A stretch of 38,908 bases of DNA from Pseudomonadota bacterium (GTDB taxonomy: Bacteria; Bdellovibrionota_G; JALEGL01; DATDPG01): positions 1 to 38,908 of the forward strand of contig JAZDDX010000036.1 of the NCBI GenBank assembly GCA_043809315.1, in the 5' to 3' direction. Positions within the stretch are counted from its first letter, which is position 1. Every line of letters starts with the position of its first letter. The notes under the pieces are model-generated. The model ran no database searches. It saw nothing but the letters and a program-made list of their open reading frames with translations, and was not told where the DNA came from. Positions 1 to 9,927 of this stretch are shown in pieces. Made by a program: the position numbers and the translations under genes.

Positions 1-24
1 TTCATGCGGTCCCCTTCCTGATGT

Positions 25-99
<75 letters not shown>

Positions 100-199
100 T
101 CGGGGCGGGCTTGTACCACTAACGAAAGCCGGAATCCAGTCTGCGGAAAATCGTCCGGCCAGGCTTGATTTTTCCCGATCGTCACGGCAAAAAGACCGC

Positions 200-610
200 A
201 TGATTTACGTCACCAAAGCGGTCGAGTTCTCGGCCACCCATCGTCTCTACAACCCCGACTTCGACGACCGGACGAACCAGACGGTGTTCGGGAAATGCAA
301 CAACCCGAACGGCCATGGCCACAATTACCGGCTGGAGGTGGCGGTGCGGGGTGGAATTGATTCGAAGACCGGGATGGCGTTTGACCTCGGCAAGCTCCGA
401 CAGATCTTGGAGGAAGAGATTCTGACCCGATTCGATCACAAAAACCTGAACCTCGACGTTTCCGAGATGAAAGGGCTGGTTCCGACCGCCGAGAACATCG
501 CCGCCGTCATCTGGAAGATCGTCGCGAAACGGATCGGCGCGGAGATGCTCCATCGCGTCCGTCTCTTCGAAACGCAGAACAACTTCGTCGAATTCCTGGG
601 AGAAAAATGA
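200..610 (+). CDS. 6-pyruvoyl/6-carboxy-tetrahydropterin synthase family protein (PTPS, CX5HGH type)
   Basis: Motifs FSATHRL, FGKCNNPNGHGHNY, DHKNLN, PTAENIA, ETQNN; T-fold PTPS family. CX5HGH spacing is that of animal-type PTPS rather than QueD (CX3HGH). Confidence 0.93.
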   Translation: MIYVTKAVEFSATHRLYNPDFDDRTNQTVFGKCNNPNGHGHNYRLEVAVRGGIDSKTGMAFDLGKLRQILEEEILTRFDHKNLNLDVSEMKGLVPTAENIAAVIWKIVAKRIGAEMLHRVRLFETQNNFVEFLGEK

Positions 611-1284
611 AGGTTCTGATCACCGGCGGGACACGGGGAATCGGCCTCGAGACGGCGAAGCTCTTCCGGAAGAACGGTGCCGAGGTTTGGATTTGCGGCC
701 GTCAGGAGGCAGCGCTTCGCAAACTCGAGAAAGAGCTGAACGTTCGAACGACCGTTGCCGACATCGGGCGTCCGGCCGATATCGAACGGATGTTCGATGC
801 AATCTCCTCGGAATGGAAATCGCTCGATGTTCTGGTCAACAACGCCGCCGACATCTTCGTCTCCCCGATCGAAAAAATGGAGCTCGAACGCGTCCGCCGT
901 CTGTTCGACGTGAATGTCTTCGGCCTCCTCGACTGCATCCGCCGCGCGATCCCTCTCTTGCGGCGCGGGACCGATCCGGCCGTGGTCAACATCTCCTCCG
1001 CTGCCAGCGTCTGGGGGATTCCGAAATTCGCCGGGTTCGGCGCGTACAACGCCTCGAAGTTCGCGCTGCTGGGGATTACCGAGGTGGCGGCTCTCGAACT
1101 CCGGAACGAGGGAATCCGCGTAAACGCCGTCAGTCCCGGTTCGGTCGATACCGAGATGTTTCACCAGAATGTCCCGAAGGAATTTAAGCCCACGATGACG
1201 GCCGGCGAGGTGGCTCCGGCGGTCTGGTTCGCCGCCACCCACTCTTCACGGCCGATGAGTGGCAAGAATATCGAACTCTTTTGA
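607..1284 (+). CDS. Classical short-chain dehydrogenase/reductase (SDR)
   Basis: TGGTRGIG Rossmann motif, VNNA, ISS, YNASK catalytic motif, VSPG. ATGA overlap with the PTPS stop. Confidence 0.93.
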   Translation: MKVLITGGTRGIGLETAKLFRKNGAEVWICGRQEAALRKLEKELNVRTTVADIGRPADIERMFDAISSEWKSLDVLVNNAADIFVSPIEKMELERVRRLFDVNVFGLLDCIRRAIPLLRRGTDPAVVNISSAASVWGIPKFAGFGAYNASKFALLGITEVAALELRNEGIRVNAVSPGSVDTEMFHQNVPKEFKPTMTAGEVAPAVWFAATHSSRPMSGKNIELF

Positions 1285-1324
1285 CTAGCCGCCCCGCGGC
1301 GGGCGAAGTAGAATAAACCGGTTA

Positions 1325-4300
1325 TTGTTTTACCTACTTAGCCTGACTTTGCAACGGGGACGAAAAAGAAGAATCGCCCTTTTCTTCGGGGGGATGTTTG
1401 CCGTCGGTCTGGTGATCCTTTCGGCCTGGCTACCGATCATCAACGGCGTGGCGCGGGGTCTCATGATCGCGGAGCTCTCCCGCCGTCTGGATGCGAAAGT
1501 TTCGGTTTCCCGCTTTGACCTTTCGATCTTCCCGCCGAGGGTCGGGTTCGAGGGACTGGAAATCCGGAAAGAGAAAGGACCGCTTCGCGAGATCAGCGTC
1601 GGGGCCGTTCGGATCGAGCCGGGGATGGGCCCGATCTTTCTCGGGGAGGTTTCGATCCGCCGTGTGGAGATCGAGGATCCGACCCTTCGGATCGATCTGA
1701 CCGATGAAACGCCGACGAAACGCACGGCTTCCCGCGGACGGTTCCGGATCCCCACGCTCAACGACCTGATCCGTCTCGAAGTCGAGGAGATTCAGATCGT
1801 CGGCGCGAACCTGGCGTTGCGTCTGCCCGGCGAGAATCTGCGTGTCGAGATCGGATCCGGGACTGCGAGCTATGCGGGAGGCGGGAGAAACGAACGCTGG
1901 AGCTGGCAAGGGACGGGGCGGGTCTTCCGAGGGCGCAAGGAACTCCGATTGGATCAGGTGGCGATCGTCGCCGATCGGTCCGGACAGGACGTGACGATCC
2001 GGAAGTTCGAGGCGTCGGGCCTCGGCGCCACGTTGAACTTGAGCGGCGAAGCGTATCCGGAGGCGGATCTCCTGCTTCAGATCCGCGGGCAGCTCGAGCC
2101 GATCGAGCACTCCCTCCTGAACTTGGGGCTTCTCCCCCGCTCGTATAGCTTGGGGGGGGCTGTTGGAGCGGAGGGGCGGGTCAAAGGGAACTGGGATTCG
2201 CTCGCCTGGTCGGGGGAGTTCCGTGGATCGAATCTCCGCGCTGTGGGACGGGCGGTCCGGCGATTGGCTTTCTCGTTTCGGGTGAATCGGCGAACGATCG
2301 AAGCCGCCTCCGGCGAGGCCGATTTCGGCGGGCCGATCGTCCGGTTTTCCGCCGGAGAGCTTCGCACCGGTGTTCCGGGGAACTTCGAATTGAACGCGGA
2401 CCAAGTCCCGTTCGCCGACATCCAGAAGCTGATCGACCCGAAATCGGCGCCGAAACTCAGTGGGGCCATCAATCTCTCGGTCACGGGAAAGATCGGCTGG
2501 AAACCGTGGTCGTTGTCAGCCGCCTACGCCGTTACTTCTCCGCGACTCTCGCTCTTCATCTCGGAAGTGATGCAGCCGTACCTTCCGCTCACCTTTCGGG
2601 AGGTCGATGTCCGTGGCACGGTCTCCGGGGGGGAGGGGCGCGCGTATCGGATCGAGAACGGAACGGTCCGTATGGACGGCGTCGAAGGAACGTACGGTTT
2701 TGAGATCGATCCGAAGGGGGCGGTCCATGGGAACTGGCTCGCTCAGATCGCGCGGGTCGCCGGGGTTTTCCCCGAGCACGACGGCGTCAGCGGGCGCGGG
2801 CAAGTCGGCGGCGGGCTCGTCATCGAGGAGGGGGTGATGCGGGCGCGACTCGAGATCTCGCTCGATCCGTTCCGATATCTCTCCCATCCGGTAGCTGCGT
2901 TCACGGGGACCGTGATCCTGGAAAAAGGGTGGAACACGCTCTCCGACTTCCGTTTCCGTGTCGGCAGCGGGCTCATGAAATTGGAGGGTCGGATTCCGAA
3001 CGACATGAGCAACCCGGGGACGATCGAAGGATCGTTTTCCGATTTCGATCTCGGCTGGATCTCCGACACCGCCGCGCGAAGGTTCCCGCTCTGGGGCGGG
3101 GTGACGGGGACCGGTTCGGGACAGGTTTCTCTCTCCGGATCGCTCGTTACGCCGAACGGGGTCATCCGACTCGACTCGCGCCAAGCCGCCTGGCGCGGGG
3201 AATCGTTCGATCGCGTCGACGGGCTGATCGATCTGGAACGGGGGGCCGTCATCGTTCAGAAGGCGGATGCGACCGGTGGTGGGATGACCGCGGCGGTGCG
3301 AGGAGTCGTGGCTCCCGGAGCGTTCGATCGGTTCCAGGTCGACACCAAACGGTTCCCCCTTTCGATCGTTTCGGTTCCGGCGTTCCTTCTCCCGCTGATC
3401 AGTCATGTAGACGCGCACGTCGTGCTGGACGGCGACACCTCCGACCCTCGGATTGCGGGGGATCTCCGCGTTTTCCGACACGATGCCGACGGAAAAGCAA
3501 AGGGAGTGGGGCGGGGTCGCGCGGGGGGTGTGGCGTCAAACCTCTCGTGGAACGTCGAACTCGAAGGGGACGGCTTCCAGGCGAGCGGGAAGATCGATGC
3601 ACGGACCGGCAAGTCGTTCGAGGGGAGCGGGGTCCTGAAAAAATTCCCGATCACGTCTATCGTACCAGCGTCAGCAGCCTTCGTGACGGCGGACTGGAAC
3701 CTCCGCGCCGATCCGACCTCCCGGAAGAGTTGGAACGGGGAGATCCGGCTTCATGCGGCCGATCTCGAACAGGGGGAATGGAAGATCGGACTGGCCGAGT
3801 CGACGACCGTGAAGGTCCGCGACGGCACGGTCCGGCTGGATTCGGGGCGTCTGGTCGGTTCCGGCGGGGAGTTCCAGGCCGATGCCATCGTCGGAGCCGA
3901 CAACTCTCTCTCCGGTCACGGTAATGGGTCTCTAGCCTTGCGACTACTGACCCTTTTTCCGCTCCATCTGACCCGGGCGGAGGGGAAAGCGGAGGTCGAC
4001 GCGAAGCTCGGGGGGACTCTCGCGGGGCCCCTGTTCCACGGCAAACTCAAAGTGAGTGAGGGGTACCTGCAGTTCAAAGGGTTCCCGCATCCGATCGAAT
4101 CGATCGGCGCGACGGCGGCGATGGAGCAACGGAGGATCTTCTTCGACCGGATCGATGCCCAGATGGCCGGAGGGAAGGTCCACGCGTCGGGAGAAGTGCT
4201 CCTCGGGACCGCCAACAATCCGGCACGAGCGACACTCAACGGGGACGTCGAGCGGGTGACCCTCCGGTTCCCGCCATGGATTCCCGCCACTGTCTCGGGG

Positions 4301-5221
4301 CCGATCTCCCTTTCCGGCCCCCTCTCCCGCCCGCTCTTTCGCGGGAACCTCGCCGTCAGCGAGGCTCGGTACCAGGACAACTGGGATTGGCAGAGCCGGA
4401 TCTTGAGTCTCCGACGGACTGTCCGGATCGAGCGGGTCCATCGGGAGGAAGAAGAGCATATCCGGTTCGATCTCCTGTTCCGGAGCGAGGGGAACAATTT
4501 CCTTCTTCGCAACAACCTCGCGACCGCCAAGATGCGCGGGGAACTCCGTCTCGTAGGTTCCGACCTGGGGCTCGGGCTTCTCGGAAAAGTGGAGGTCCTC
4601 GAGGGGACCGTCGTTTTCCTGGACAACCAGTTTCAGCTCTCCCCGGGACTGGTGACGTTCGACCGGGAGGATTCGATCCACCTGCAGTTCGACCTGAACG
4701 CCAAGACCCGCGTGCAGACGACCAATATCTTTCTCGAACTTCGGACGGAAAAGGAGAACGTGATCGCCTTTCTCTCGAGCCAGCCGGCCAAGGACGAAAC
4801 CAGCATCATCGCCCTCCTGACCCTCGGGGTCGATACCGACGAGCTGACGGCGGCCGGGGCGAAAGACCAGAGTCTCTCTTCGTCCGTCCTTCCGACCGTT
4901 TTTTCGGGGGGGGTCCAATCGCGCGTGGAGTCGGGGCTCAAGAAGGCGAAGCTGGTCGACACGTTCCAGTTCGTGCCGTACTTCTCGCAGGACACGAAGA
5001 CCTCGGGGCTCAAGATGATCGTCGGGAAGCAGCTTCTTCCGAAAGTCCGGTTGCTCTATTCGACCGACCTGTTCGACACGAGCGCGGACAACACGTTGAA
5101 GCTGGAGCAAAGATTCAACGACCATGTATCCTTGCAGGGGAGCATTCGGGACAACCAACAACAAACCACCAACCAGGAATACGATCTCGGCCTTGATTTC
5201 GAATTCAAATTCGAGTTCTAG
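1325..5221 (+). CDS. tamB: Translocation and assembly module TamB / AsmA-like protein
   Basis: N-terminal TM anchor, long Gly-rich beta-taco-like repeats, DUF490-like C-terminus ending LDFEFKFEF, adjacent to an Omp85 gene. Start may be TTG 1325 or TTG 1349. Confidence 0.88.
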   Translation: MFYLLSLTLQRGRKRRIALFFGGMFAVGLVILSAWLPIINGVARGLMIAELSRRLDAKVSVSRFDLSIFPPRVGFEGLEIRKEKGPLREISVGAVRIEPGMGPIFLGEVSIRRVEIEDPTLRIDLTDETPTKRTASRGRFRIPTLNDLIRLEVEEIQIVGANLALRLPGENLRVEIGSGTASYAGGGRNERWSWQGTGRVFRGRKELRLDQVAIVADRSGQDVTIRKFEASGLGATLNLSGEAYPEADLLLQIRGQLEPIEHSLLNLGLLPRSYSLGGAVGAEGRVKGNWDSLAWSGEFRGSNLRAVGRAVRRLAFSFRVNRRTIEAASGEADFGGPIVRFSAGELRTGVPGNFELNADQVPFADIQKLIDPKSAPKLSGAINLSVTGKIGWKPWSLSAAYAVTSPRLSLFISEVMQPYLPLTFREVDVRGTVSGGEGRAYRIENGTVRMDGVEGTYGFEIDPKGAVHGNWLAQIARVAGVFPEHDGVSGRGQVGGGLVIEEGVMRARLEISLDPFRYLSHPVAAFTGTVILEKGWNTLSDFRFRVGSGLMKLEGRIPNDMSNPGTIEGSFSDFDLGWISDTAARRFPLWGGVTGTGSGQVSLSGSLVTPNGVIRLDSRQAAWRGESFDRVDGLIDLERGAVIVQKADATGGGMTAAVRGVVAPGAFDRFQVDTKRFPLSIVSVPAFLLPLISHVDAHVVLDGDTSDPRIAGDLRVFRHDADGKAKGVGRGRAGGVASNLSWNVELEGDGFQASGKIDARTGKSFEGSGVLKKFPITSIVPASAAFVTADWNLRADPTSRKSWNGEIRLHAADLEQGEWKIGLAESTTVKVRDGTVRLDSGRLVGSGGEFQADAIVGADNSLSGHGNGSLALRLLTLFPLHLTRAEGKAEVDAKLGGTLAGPLFHGKLKVSEGYLQFKGFPHPIESIGATAAMEQRRIFFDRIDAQMAGGKVHASGEVLLGTANNPARATLNGDVERVTLRFPPWIPATVSGPISLSGPLSRPLFRGNLAVSEARYQDNWDWQSRILSLRRTVRIERVHREEEEHIRFDLLFRSEGNNFLLRNNLATAKMRGELRLVGSDLGLGLLGKVEVLEGTVVFLDNQFQLSPGLVTFDREDSIHLQFDLNAKTRVQTTNIFLELRTEKENVIAFLSSQPAKDETSIIALLTLGVDTDELTAAGAKDQSLSSSVLPTVFSGGVQSRVESGLKKAKLVDTFQFVPYFSQDTKTSGLKMIVGKQLLPKVRLLYSTDLFDTSADNTLKLEQRFNDHVSLQGSIRDNQQQTTNQEYDLGLDFEFKFEF

Positions 5222-8012
5222 ACGCGGCTTCGGCCTTGTCTTCGCGCTTCTCCTCCTCCTGCCGGGAGTGTCGGCGATCTCGTTGGCAGCGGAAAAAATC
5301 GTCTCGGTCACCGTTTCGTGTCCCGATCCCCAGGTGAAGGAGCAGGCGGGCACCTTCTTCGAGTCGGTGCTGCGGGGCGAGTATGACGTGGATAAGGCGC
5401 ACGATGCGATCCGGAAGTTCTATTCCGAATGGCCGGTCTACTCGATCGATCTGCTCGGGGAACCGGCGGACGGCGGTTGGGCGTTGACGGTGGATGTCGA
5501 CGTCCGTCCGGTCTTGACGGACGTCAGCGTCCAGGGGAGTCAGCAACTCAAGAAAGCGGAAATTCGGGCGCAGGTCGATTTGAACCGCGGCGATCGTGCG
5601 GTGCCGACGGCTTTGCAACGGGCACGGCAACGCCTCACGGAGTACTATTTCTACCGGGGTTTTCCGAATGCCGGGGTGAACCTCGAGGTCGAGCAGGAGT
5701 CCGATCTCCGGGAGGCGAATCTCGCGGTCTCGATTCGGGAAGGGACTCCTTGCCGGATCGAGGGGGTCGAGATCTCCTCTTCCTCTACCGCCTTGACTTC
5801 CGAGCGTGCTCGGAAACTTCTTAGGGTTGCGGAGGGGGATCGGTGCGATGGCTTGAAGGTTTCCGAAGGGGCCGAGCGGATTCGGCAGGCGTTGCGCGAC
5901 GAGGAACGCCTGGCGGTGCAAGTCTCCGACCCGGAGCTCACGTACAATGCCGACCGGTCGGCCGCCCGGGTGACGGTTCGTGTCACGCCCGGCCCGAGAA
6001 TTCGTGTCCGTTTCGAAGGGAACACGTTCGCGTTCGAGCGTGACACTCAGCTTACGAAGGCGATCTTCCTCGACGAGGAGAGGCAGTTCAACACCGGGTG
6101 GATCGACTCGGCGGCGACGGAGGGAATTCGTCAGTTCTATGCCTCGTACGGGTATTCGAACGCCCAGGTGAAGGTCTCCGACACTTATGACGAGAATGCG
6201 GACCTGCGCTCGATCCGATTCGACGTGAATCGCGGGGCGCGCATGAGGATCAGGAAGGTGACGTTCGACGGGAACGGGAAGATCGCCGCAGAAGATCTGG
6301 AAGACCAATTCTGGGGACTCGCTCCGCCTGCCACGCGCGATCGCATTTTCGTACGGGAGGAGCTTACTCCGCTCTCGGAAGGTCTTCTTGCCTTCTACCA
6401 GCAACACGGATTCCTCCGGGCCAAGGTGTCGGCCCCCGCAATCGCGTTTCGTACGAAAGAGAATGTTGCGGATATCTCGTTCAAGATCAACGAGGGGAGT
6501 CCCTCCTTTCTTAAGGAGTATCGTTCGAGCGGGAATCAAACGATCGCGTCGAAACAGATCGCGGAACTCTTCTCCGTTTCACCCGGAGATTCGATCGACC
6601 CGGTGGCGATGAGGCAGGGGGCGGATCGTGTCGAGGAACGATACCGGAGGCTCGGATACAAGTTTGTGAAAGTCCGCCTTCCCGCTCCGGAAGATGTCCC
6701 GGCCGGACGAAACGACTACGAGATCCCCGTGGAAGAGGGGCCGAGGGTGATGATCGGCGACATTCGAGTCCGTGGAAATCTCCATACCCAGGAGTACGTA
6801 GTTCGCCGCGAGCTGACGTTCGAAAAAGGGGAGGTCTACGATCCGGAGAAACTCAAGGAGAGTCGGCGACACCTTCTTCGTCTGGGGTTTTTCGAGAGCG
6901 TCACGCTGGACGAGCTTCCGTTCGATCCGGAAACCGGGACGGAGGGTGTGATCGTCAGCGTGACGGAACGGAGGAAGCGCTCGGTCGCTCTCCGGCCCGG
7001 CTTCTCGACGGATGAAGGGTACCGGGGGGCGGTCGAATTCGGATACGTGAACATCGGGGGAACGGGGCGGAGTGCGACGGTCTCCGGAAGCGTCAGCCGC
7101 CAGTTCCGCAACCCCCAGATCATCGAGCACCGGGCGGCGTTTACCTACCTGGAACCTCACCTGTTCGGGATCGCCGACGGGAAGGTCAACTTCATCGACG
7201 AGCGGCGCGAGGAGCTTCAGTTCGACATCGACCGCAGGAGCGTCATCCTCGGGGTCGAGCGGAATATCTGGAAGTGGCTCCGGGCCACGCTCCAGTGGGA
7301 GCTCGAGTACCGGGATCCGTTCAACGTGCAGGCGGGGGTGATCTTGAGCCCCATCGACCAGGACCGCGCCCGGTTCGGGTCGATCGCGACGATCCTCGAT
7401 TTCGATTTCCGGAACGACCCGCTCAACCCGACCGTCGGATCGTTCCATCGTCTCCATGCTTCGGCATTCAACAGTACATTCCTGTCGGATGCCGCCTTCG
7501 CTCAGGTTTATGTCCGGAATTCATTCTACATCCCGTTCTATCGACGGTTTCGGTCCGTATTGTCGGTGCGGGCAGGCTTCTCCGGGACGTACGGTGAGAC
7601 GAAGCAGGCCGGGATCTCGGAGATTCCGATCGAAAAACGATTCCGGTTGGGGGGGAACGATTCGCTTCGCGGCTTCGGGCGAAACTGCGTCGGCGGCCTC
7701 GGTTCGAATGTCGCGGAGAGCTGTGGTGACACCGTCCTGACGCAGGCGCCGGGCGGGAACGCGGTCTTCAACTACATGTGGGATTTCCTAGCGCCACTTT
7801 TCGGCGGATTCGATCTGGCGCTCTTCACCGACGGCGGGAATGCATACCTGCAGAACGGCGAATTCAATCCGTTCGAGATCCGGACCACGGCGGGGGCCGG
7901 GTTGCGATACAACACTTTCTTCGGACCTCTGCGCCTCGACCTGGGTTTCAAACTCGATCGGCGCCCCGGGGAGAGACTCTGGGAGATCCATTTCGCCGTG
8001 GGTCAGTTCTAG
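5193..8012 (+). CDS. Omp85-family outer-membrane assembly protein (BamA/TamA-like) with multiple POTRA domains
   Basis: Signal peptide RRGFGLVFALLLLLPGVSA, repeated POTRA motifs (FDGN...YQQHGF, VRGNLHTQEYVVRREL), LRGF loop-6 motif, GAGLRYNTFFGPLRLD, C-terminal GQF. Start uncertain; TTG 5193 overlaps the end of tamB. Confidence 0.9.
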   Translation: MISNSNSSSRRGFGLVFALLLLLPGVSAISLAAEKIVSVTVSCPDPQVKEQAGTFFESVLRGEYDVDKAHDAIRKFYSEWPVYSIDLLGEPADGGWALTVDVDVRPVLTDVSVQGSQQLKKAEIRAQVDLNRGDRAVPTALQRARQRLTEYYFYRGFPNAGVNLEVEQESDLREANLAVSIREGTPCRIEGVEISSSSTALTSERARKLLRVAEGDRCDGLKVSEGAERIRQALRDEERLAVQVSDPELTYNADRSAARVTVRVTPGPRIRVRFEGNTFAFERDTQLTKAIFLDEERQFNTGWIDSAATEGIRQFYASYGYSNAQVKVSDTYDENADLRSIRFDVNRGARMRIRKVTFDGNGKIAAEDLEDQFWGLAPPATRDRIFVREELTPLSEGLLAFYQQHGFLRAKVSAPAIAFRTKENVADISFKINEGSPSFLKEYRSSGNQTIASKQIAELFSVSPGDSIDPVAMRQGADRVEERYRRLGYKFVKVRLPAPEDVPAGRNDYEIPVEEGPRVMIGDIRVRGNLHTQEYVVRRELTFEKGEVYDPEKLKESRRHLLRLGFFESVTLDELPFDPETGTEGVIVSVTERRKRSVALRPGFSTDEGYRGAVEFGYVNIGGTGRSATVSGSVSRQFRNPQIIEHRAAFTYLEPHLFGIADGKVNFIDERREELQFDIDRRSVILGVERNIWKWLRATLQWELEYRDPFNVQAGVILSPIDQDRARFGSIATILDFDFRNDPLNPTVGSFHRLHASAFNSTFLSDAAFAQVYVRNSFYIPFYRRFRSVLSVRAGFSGTYGETKQAGISEIPIEKRFRLGGNDSLRGFGRNCVGGLGSNVAESCGDTVLTQAPGGNAVFNYMWDFLAPLFGGFDLALFTDGGNAYLQNGEFNPFEIRTTAGAGLRYNTFFGPLRLDLGFKLDRRPGERLWEIHFAVGQF

Positions 8013-8701
8013 TGCCGGTTCTCCGAGGAGTCCTGTTCGACTGCGACGGCGTCGTGGTCGACTCCGAGCCTCTCATCTTCGAGGTCACCAAGAAACTTTT
8101 CGCCCCGTTCGGCGTCGATCTCCAACTGGATGACGTCCGTCCCGGGATCGGCGCGGGAGGAAAGTATGTGAGCGCACCAATGGAAAAGTACGGGATCACG
8201 GACGTTACGGTGGAGGAGATGCTCCGGAGACGGACGAGTGCTTACCTCGAACTCGCTAAAGAGAAGCTTCGCCCTCTCCCCGGGTTCGAAACTCTGATGG
8301 AGGAGATCCGGAAGCGAGGTCTCAAGACGGCGCTCGCGTCTTCATCGTCGAACCACTGGGTGATGGAGAGCCTCAAAGCAGTGTCGATCGATCCGAAGAG
8401 GTTCGATTTCATCGTCGACGGCGACTCGATCGCGAAGAAGAAACCGAACCCGGATGTTTTCCTGGAGGCCGCGGAAGGGTTGAATCTCAAGCCTGCGGAG
8501 TGCCTCGTGATTGAGGATGCCGCCCCCGGCATCGAGGCCGCCCACCGCGCAGGGTGCCGTTGCGTGGCGCTCACCTCCACGCTTCCCCGTGAGAAGCTGA
8601 CCCCCGCCGATTACCTAGTCGATCGCCTGACCGACGTGATTCCGATTCTCGGACGGTTGTCCTTGGATTTTCGGGAACCTGCTAAACTTCCCGGAGAATA
8701 A
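8012..8701 (+). CDS. HAD-family phosphatase (beta-phosphoglucomutase/CbbY-like)
   Basis: Motif I FDCDGVVVDSE, motif II ASSS, KKPNPD, motif IV IEDA...GIEAA. GTG start overlaps the Omp85 TAG. Confidence 0.92.
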   Translation: MPVLRGVLFDCDGVVVDSEPLIFEVTKKLFAPFGVDLQLDDVRPGIGAGGKYVSAPMEKYGITDVTVEEMLRRRTSAYLELAKEKLRPLPGFETLMEEIRKRGLKTALASSSSNHWVMESLKAVSIDPKRFDFIVDGDSIAKKKPNPDVFLEAAEGLNLKPAECLVIEDAAPGIEAAHRAGCRCVALTSTLPREKLTPADYLVDRLTDVIPILGRLSLDFREPAKLPGE

Positions 8702-8703
8702 AA

Positions 8704-9927
8704 ATGGAAAAAGGTTTTGTGAAACCGATCGTTCTTCTCTGGATGTGGATTCTGCCGGTCGCATGCAATTCCTCCAATGCCGCCCGAATCACAACCCGAG
8801 CCGTTACGGCCACAACCCAAAACTTGAAGGTGGCGATGTTTGGAGATCAGGACATCGGTGGGAATCCGGAGAGCGTTCTTACGCTCATCAAGAACGAGGG
8901 GGCCGAACTGATTCTTCATAACGGGGATTTCGATCGTCACGACGACCCCAACCTTTGGGAGACTCCGATCAACAACATTCTGGGGGCGAACTTTCCGCTC
9001 TTTGCCGTTCCAGGGAATCACGACCTGACCTGCTGGACCTCCGCTTGTGGCAGCAAGAGTTACAAGGACAGATTGACGGAGAGACTCGCAAGGGTTTCCG
9101 TTGCCTCCTGCACGGGGGAGTATGGTTTGAACGGCTCGTGCACCTACAAAGGGCTCTTTTTCGTTCTTTCGGGGGCGACATCTCCTGGGACCGATTACGC
9201 CAACAATATTTCAACCGCCTTAGCGGGGAGCGACGCAATTTGGAAGGTCTGTGTTTGGCACAAGAATCAGATCGCGATGCAGGTCGGAGGAAAAACGGAT
9301 GAGGTGGGGTGGGGGCCCTATGAAGCTTGCCGACAAGGGGGGGCCATCATCTTGGCGGGCCACAATCACTCGTATCAACGAACGAAAACGCTGACCGACA
9401 TGACGAATCAGATCGTCGATCCGAGCTGGGCCGACCCCGCATATGCCTGGGTTTCCCCCGGCAAGACGATTTCAATCGTTTCCGGTCTCGGCGGAGCGGG
9501 GATCCATTCGCAGAGTCGTTGTGAGACGACCTATCCCTACGGATGCAAGGGGGAGTGGGCCAGAATCTACACATCCAGCAGCCCCACTTCGGAAGGAGGA
9601 GCGGCCAAGTATGGCGCCCTATTCTGCACATTTTACGCCGACGGGAAGCCGAATTATGCGAAATGCTATTTCAAGAATGTGGCCGGGGAGACCATCGACA
9701 CGTTCGACATCGAAACGACCGCCCTGGACCCAACCCCTACCAGCAGTGCAACCCCTATCAGCAGCGCAACTCCTTCCAGCGGTGCAACTCCTATCAACAG
9801 TGCAAAAGTCTCCGATGGTTGCGGGGTGTCGACGGAAGATGGATCCTCGTTCGCCGCGCTCAGTTCTGTCCTTCTATTATTCTTTCTCTCCAACCGGCGA
9901 CGTTCGCGTCTTTCAGGAACCCGTTAG
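8704..9927 (+). CDS. Secreted metallophosphoesterase (calcineurin-like) lipoprotein with C-terminal sorting tail
   Basis: FGD, NGDFD, PGNHD, WH and AGHNH metal motifs; lipobox-like LPVAC; SSATP repeats; C-terminal GC...TM...RRR. Confidence 0.85.
   Translation: MEKGFVKPIVLLWMWILPVACNSSNAARITTRAVTATTQNLKVAMFGDQDIGGNPESVLTLIKNEGAELILHNGDFDRHDDPNLWETPINNILGANFPLFAVPGNHDLTCWTSACGSKSYKDRLTERLARVSVASCTGEYGLNGSCTYKGLFFVLSGATSPGTDYANNISTALAGSDAIWKVCVWHKNQIAMQVGGKTDEVGWGPYEACRQGGAIILAGHNHSYQRTKTLTDMTNQIVDPSWADPAYAWVSPGKTISIVSGLGGAGIHSQSRCETTYPYGCKGEWARIYTSSSPTSEGGAAKYGALFCTFYADGKPNYAKCYFKNVAGETIDTFDIETTALDPTPTSSATPISSATPSSGATPINSAKVSDGCGVSTEDGSSFAALSSVLLLFFLSNRRRSRLSGTR
9742..9804 (+). repeat. 18-bp coding tandem repeat (about 3.5 copies, SSATPI linker)
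   Basis: AGCAGTGCAACCCCTATC / AGCAGCGCAACTCCTTCC / AGCGGTGCAACTCCTATC / AACAGTGCA. Confidence 0.85.

Noticed and set aside
200..610. Naming the PTPS gene queD
   Set aside because: Active-site spacing is CX5HGH and no que genes are nearby.
1288..1304. GC hairpin after the SDR stop
   Set aside because: Short stem with no U-tract; not supportable as a terminator.
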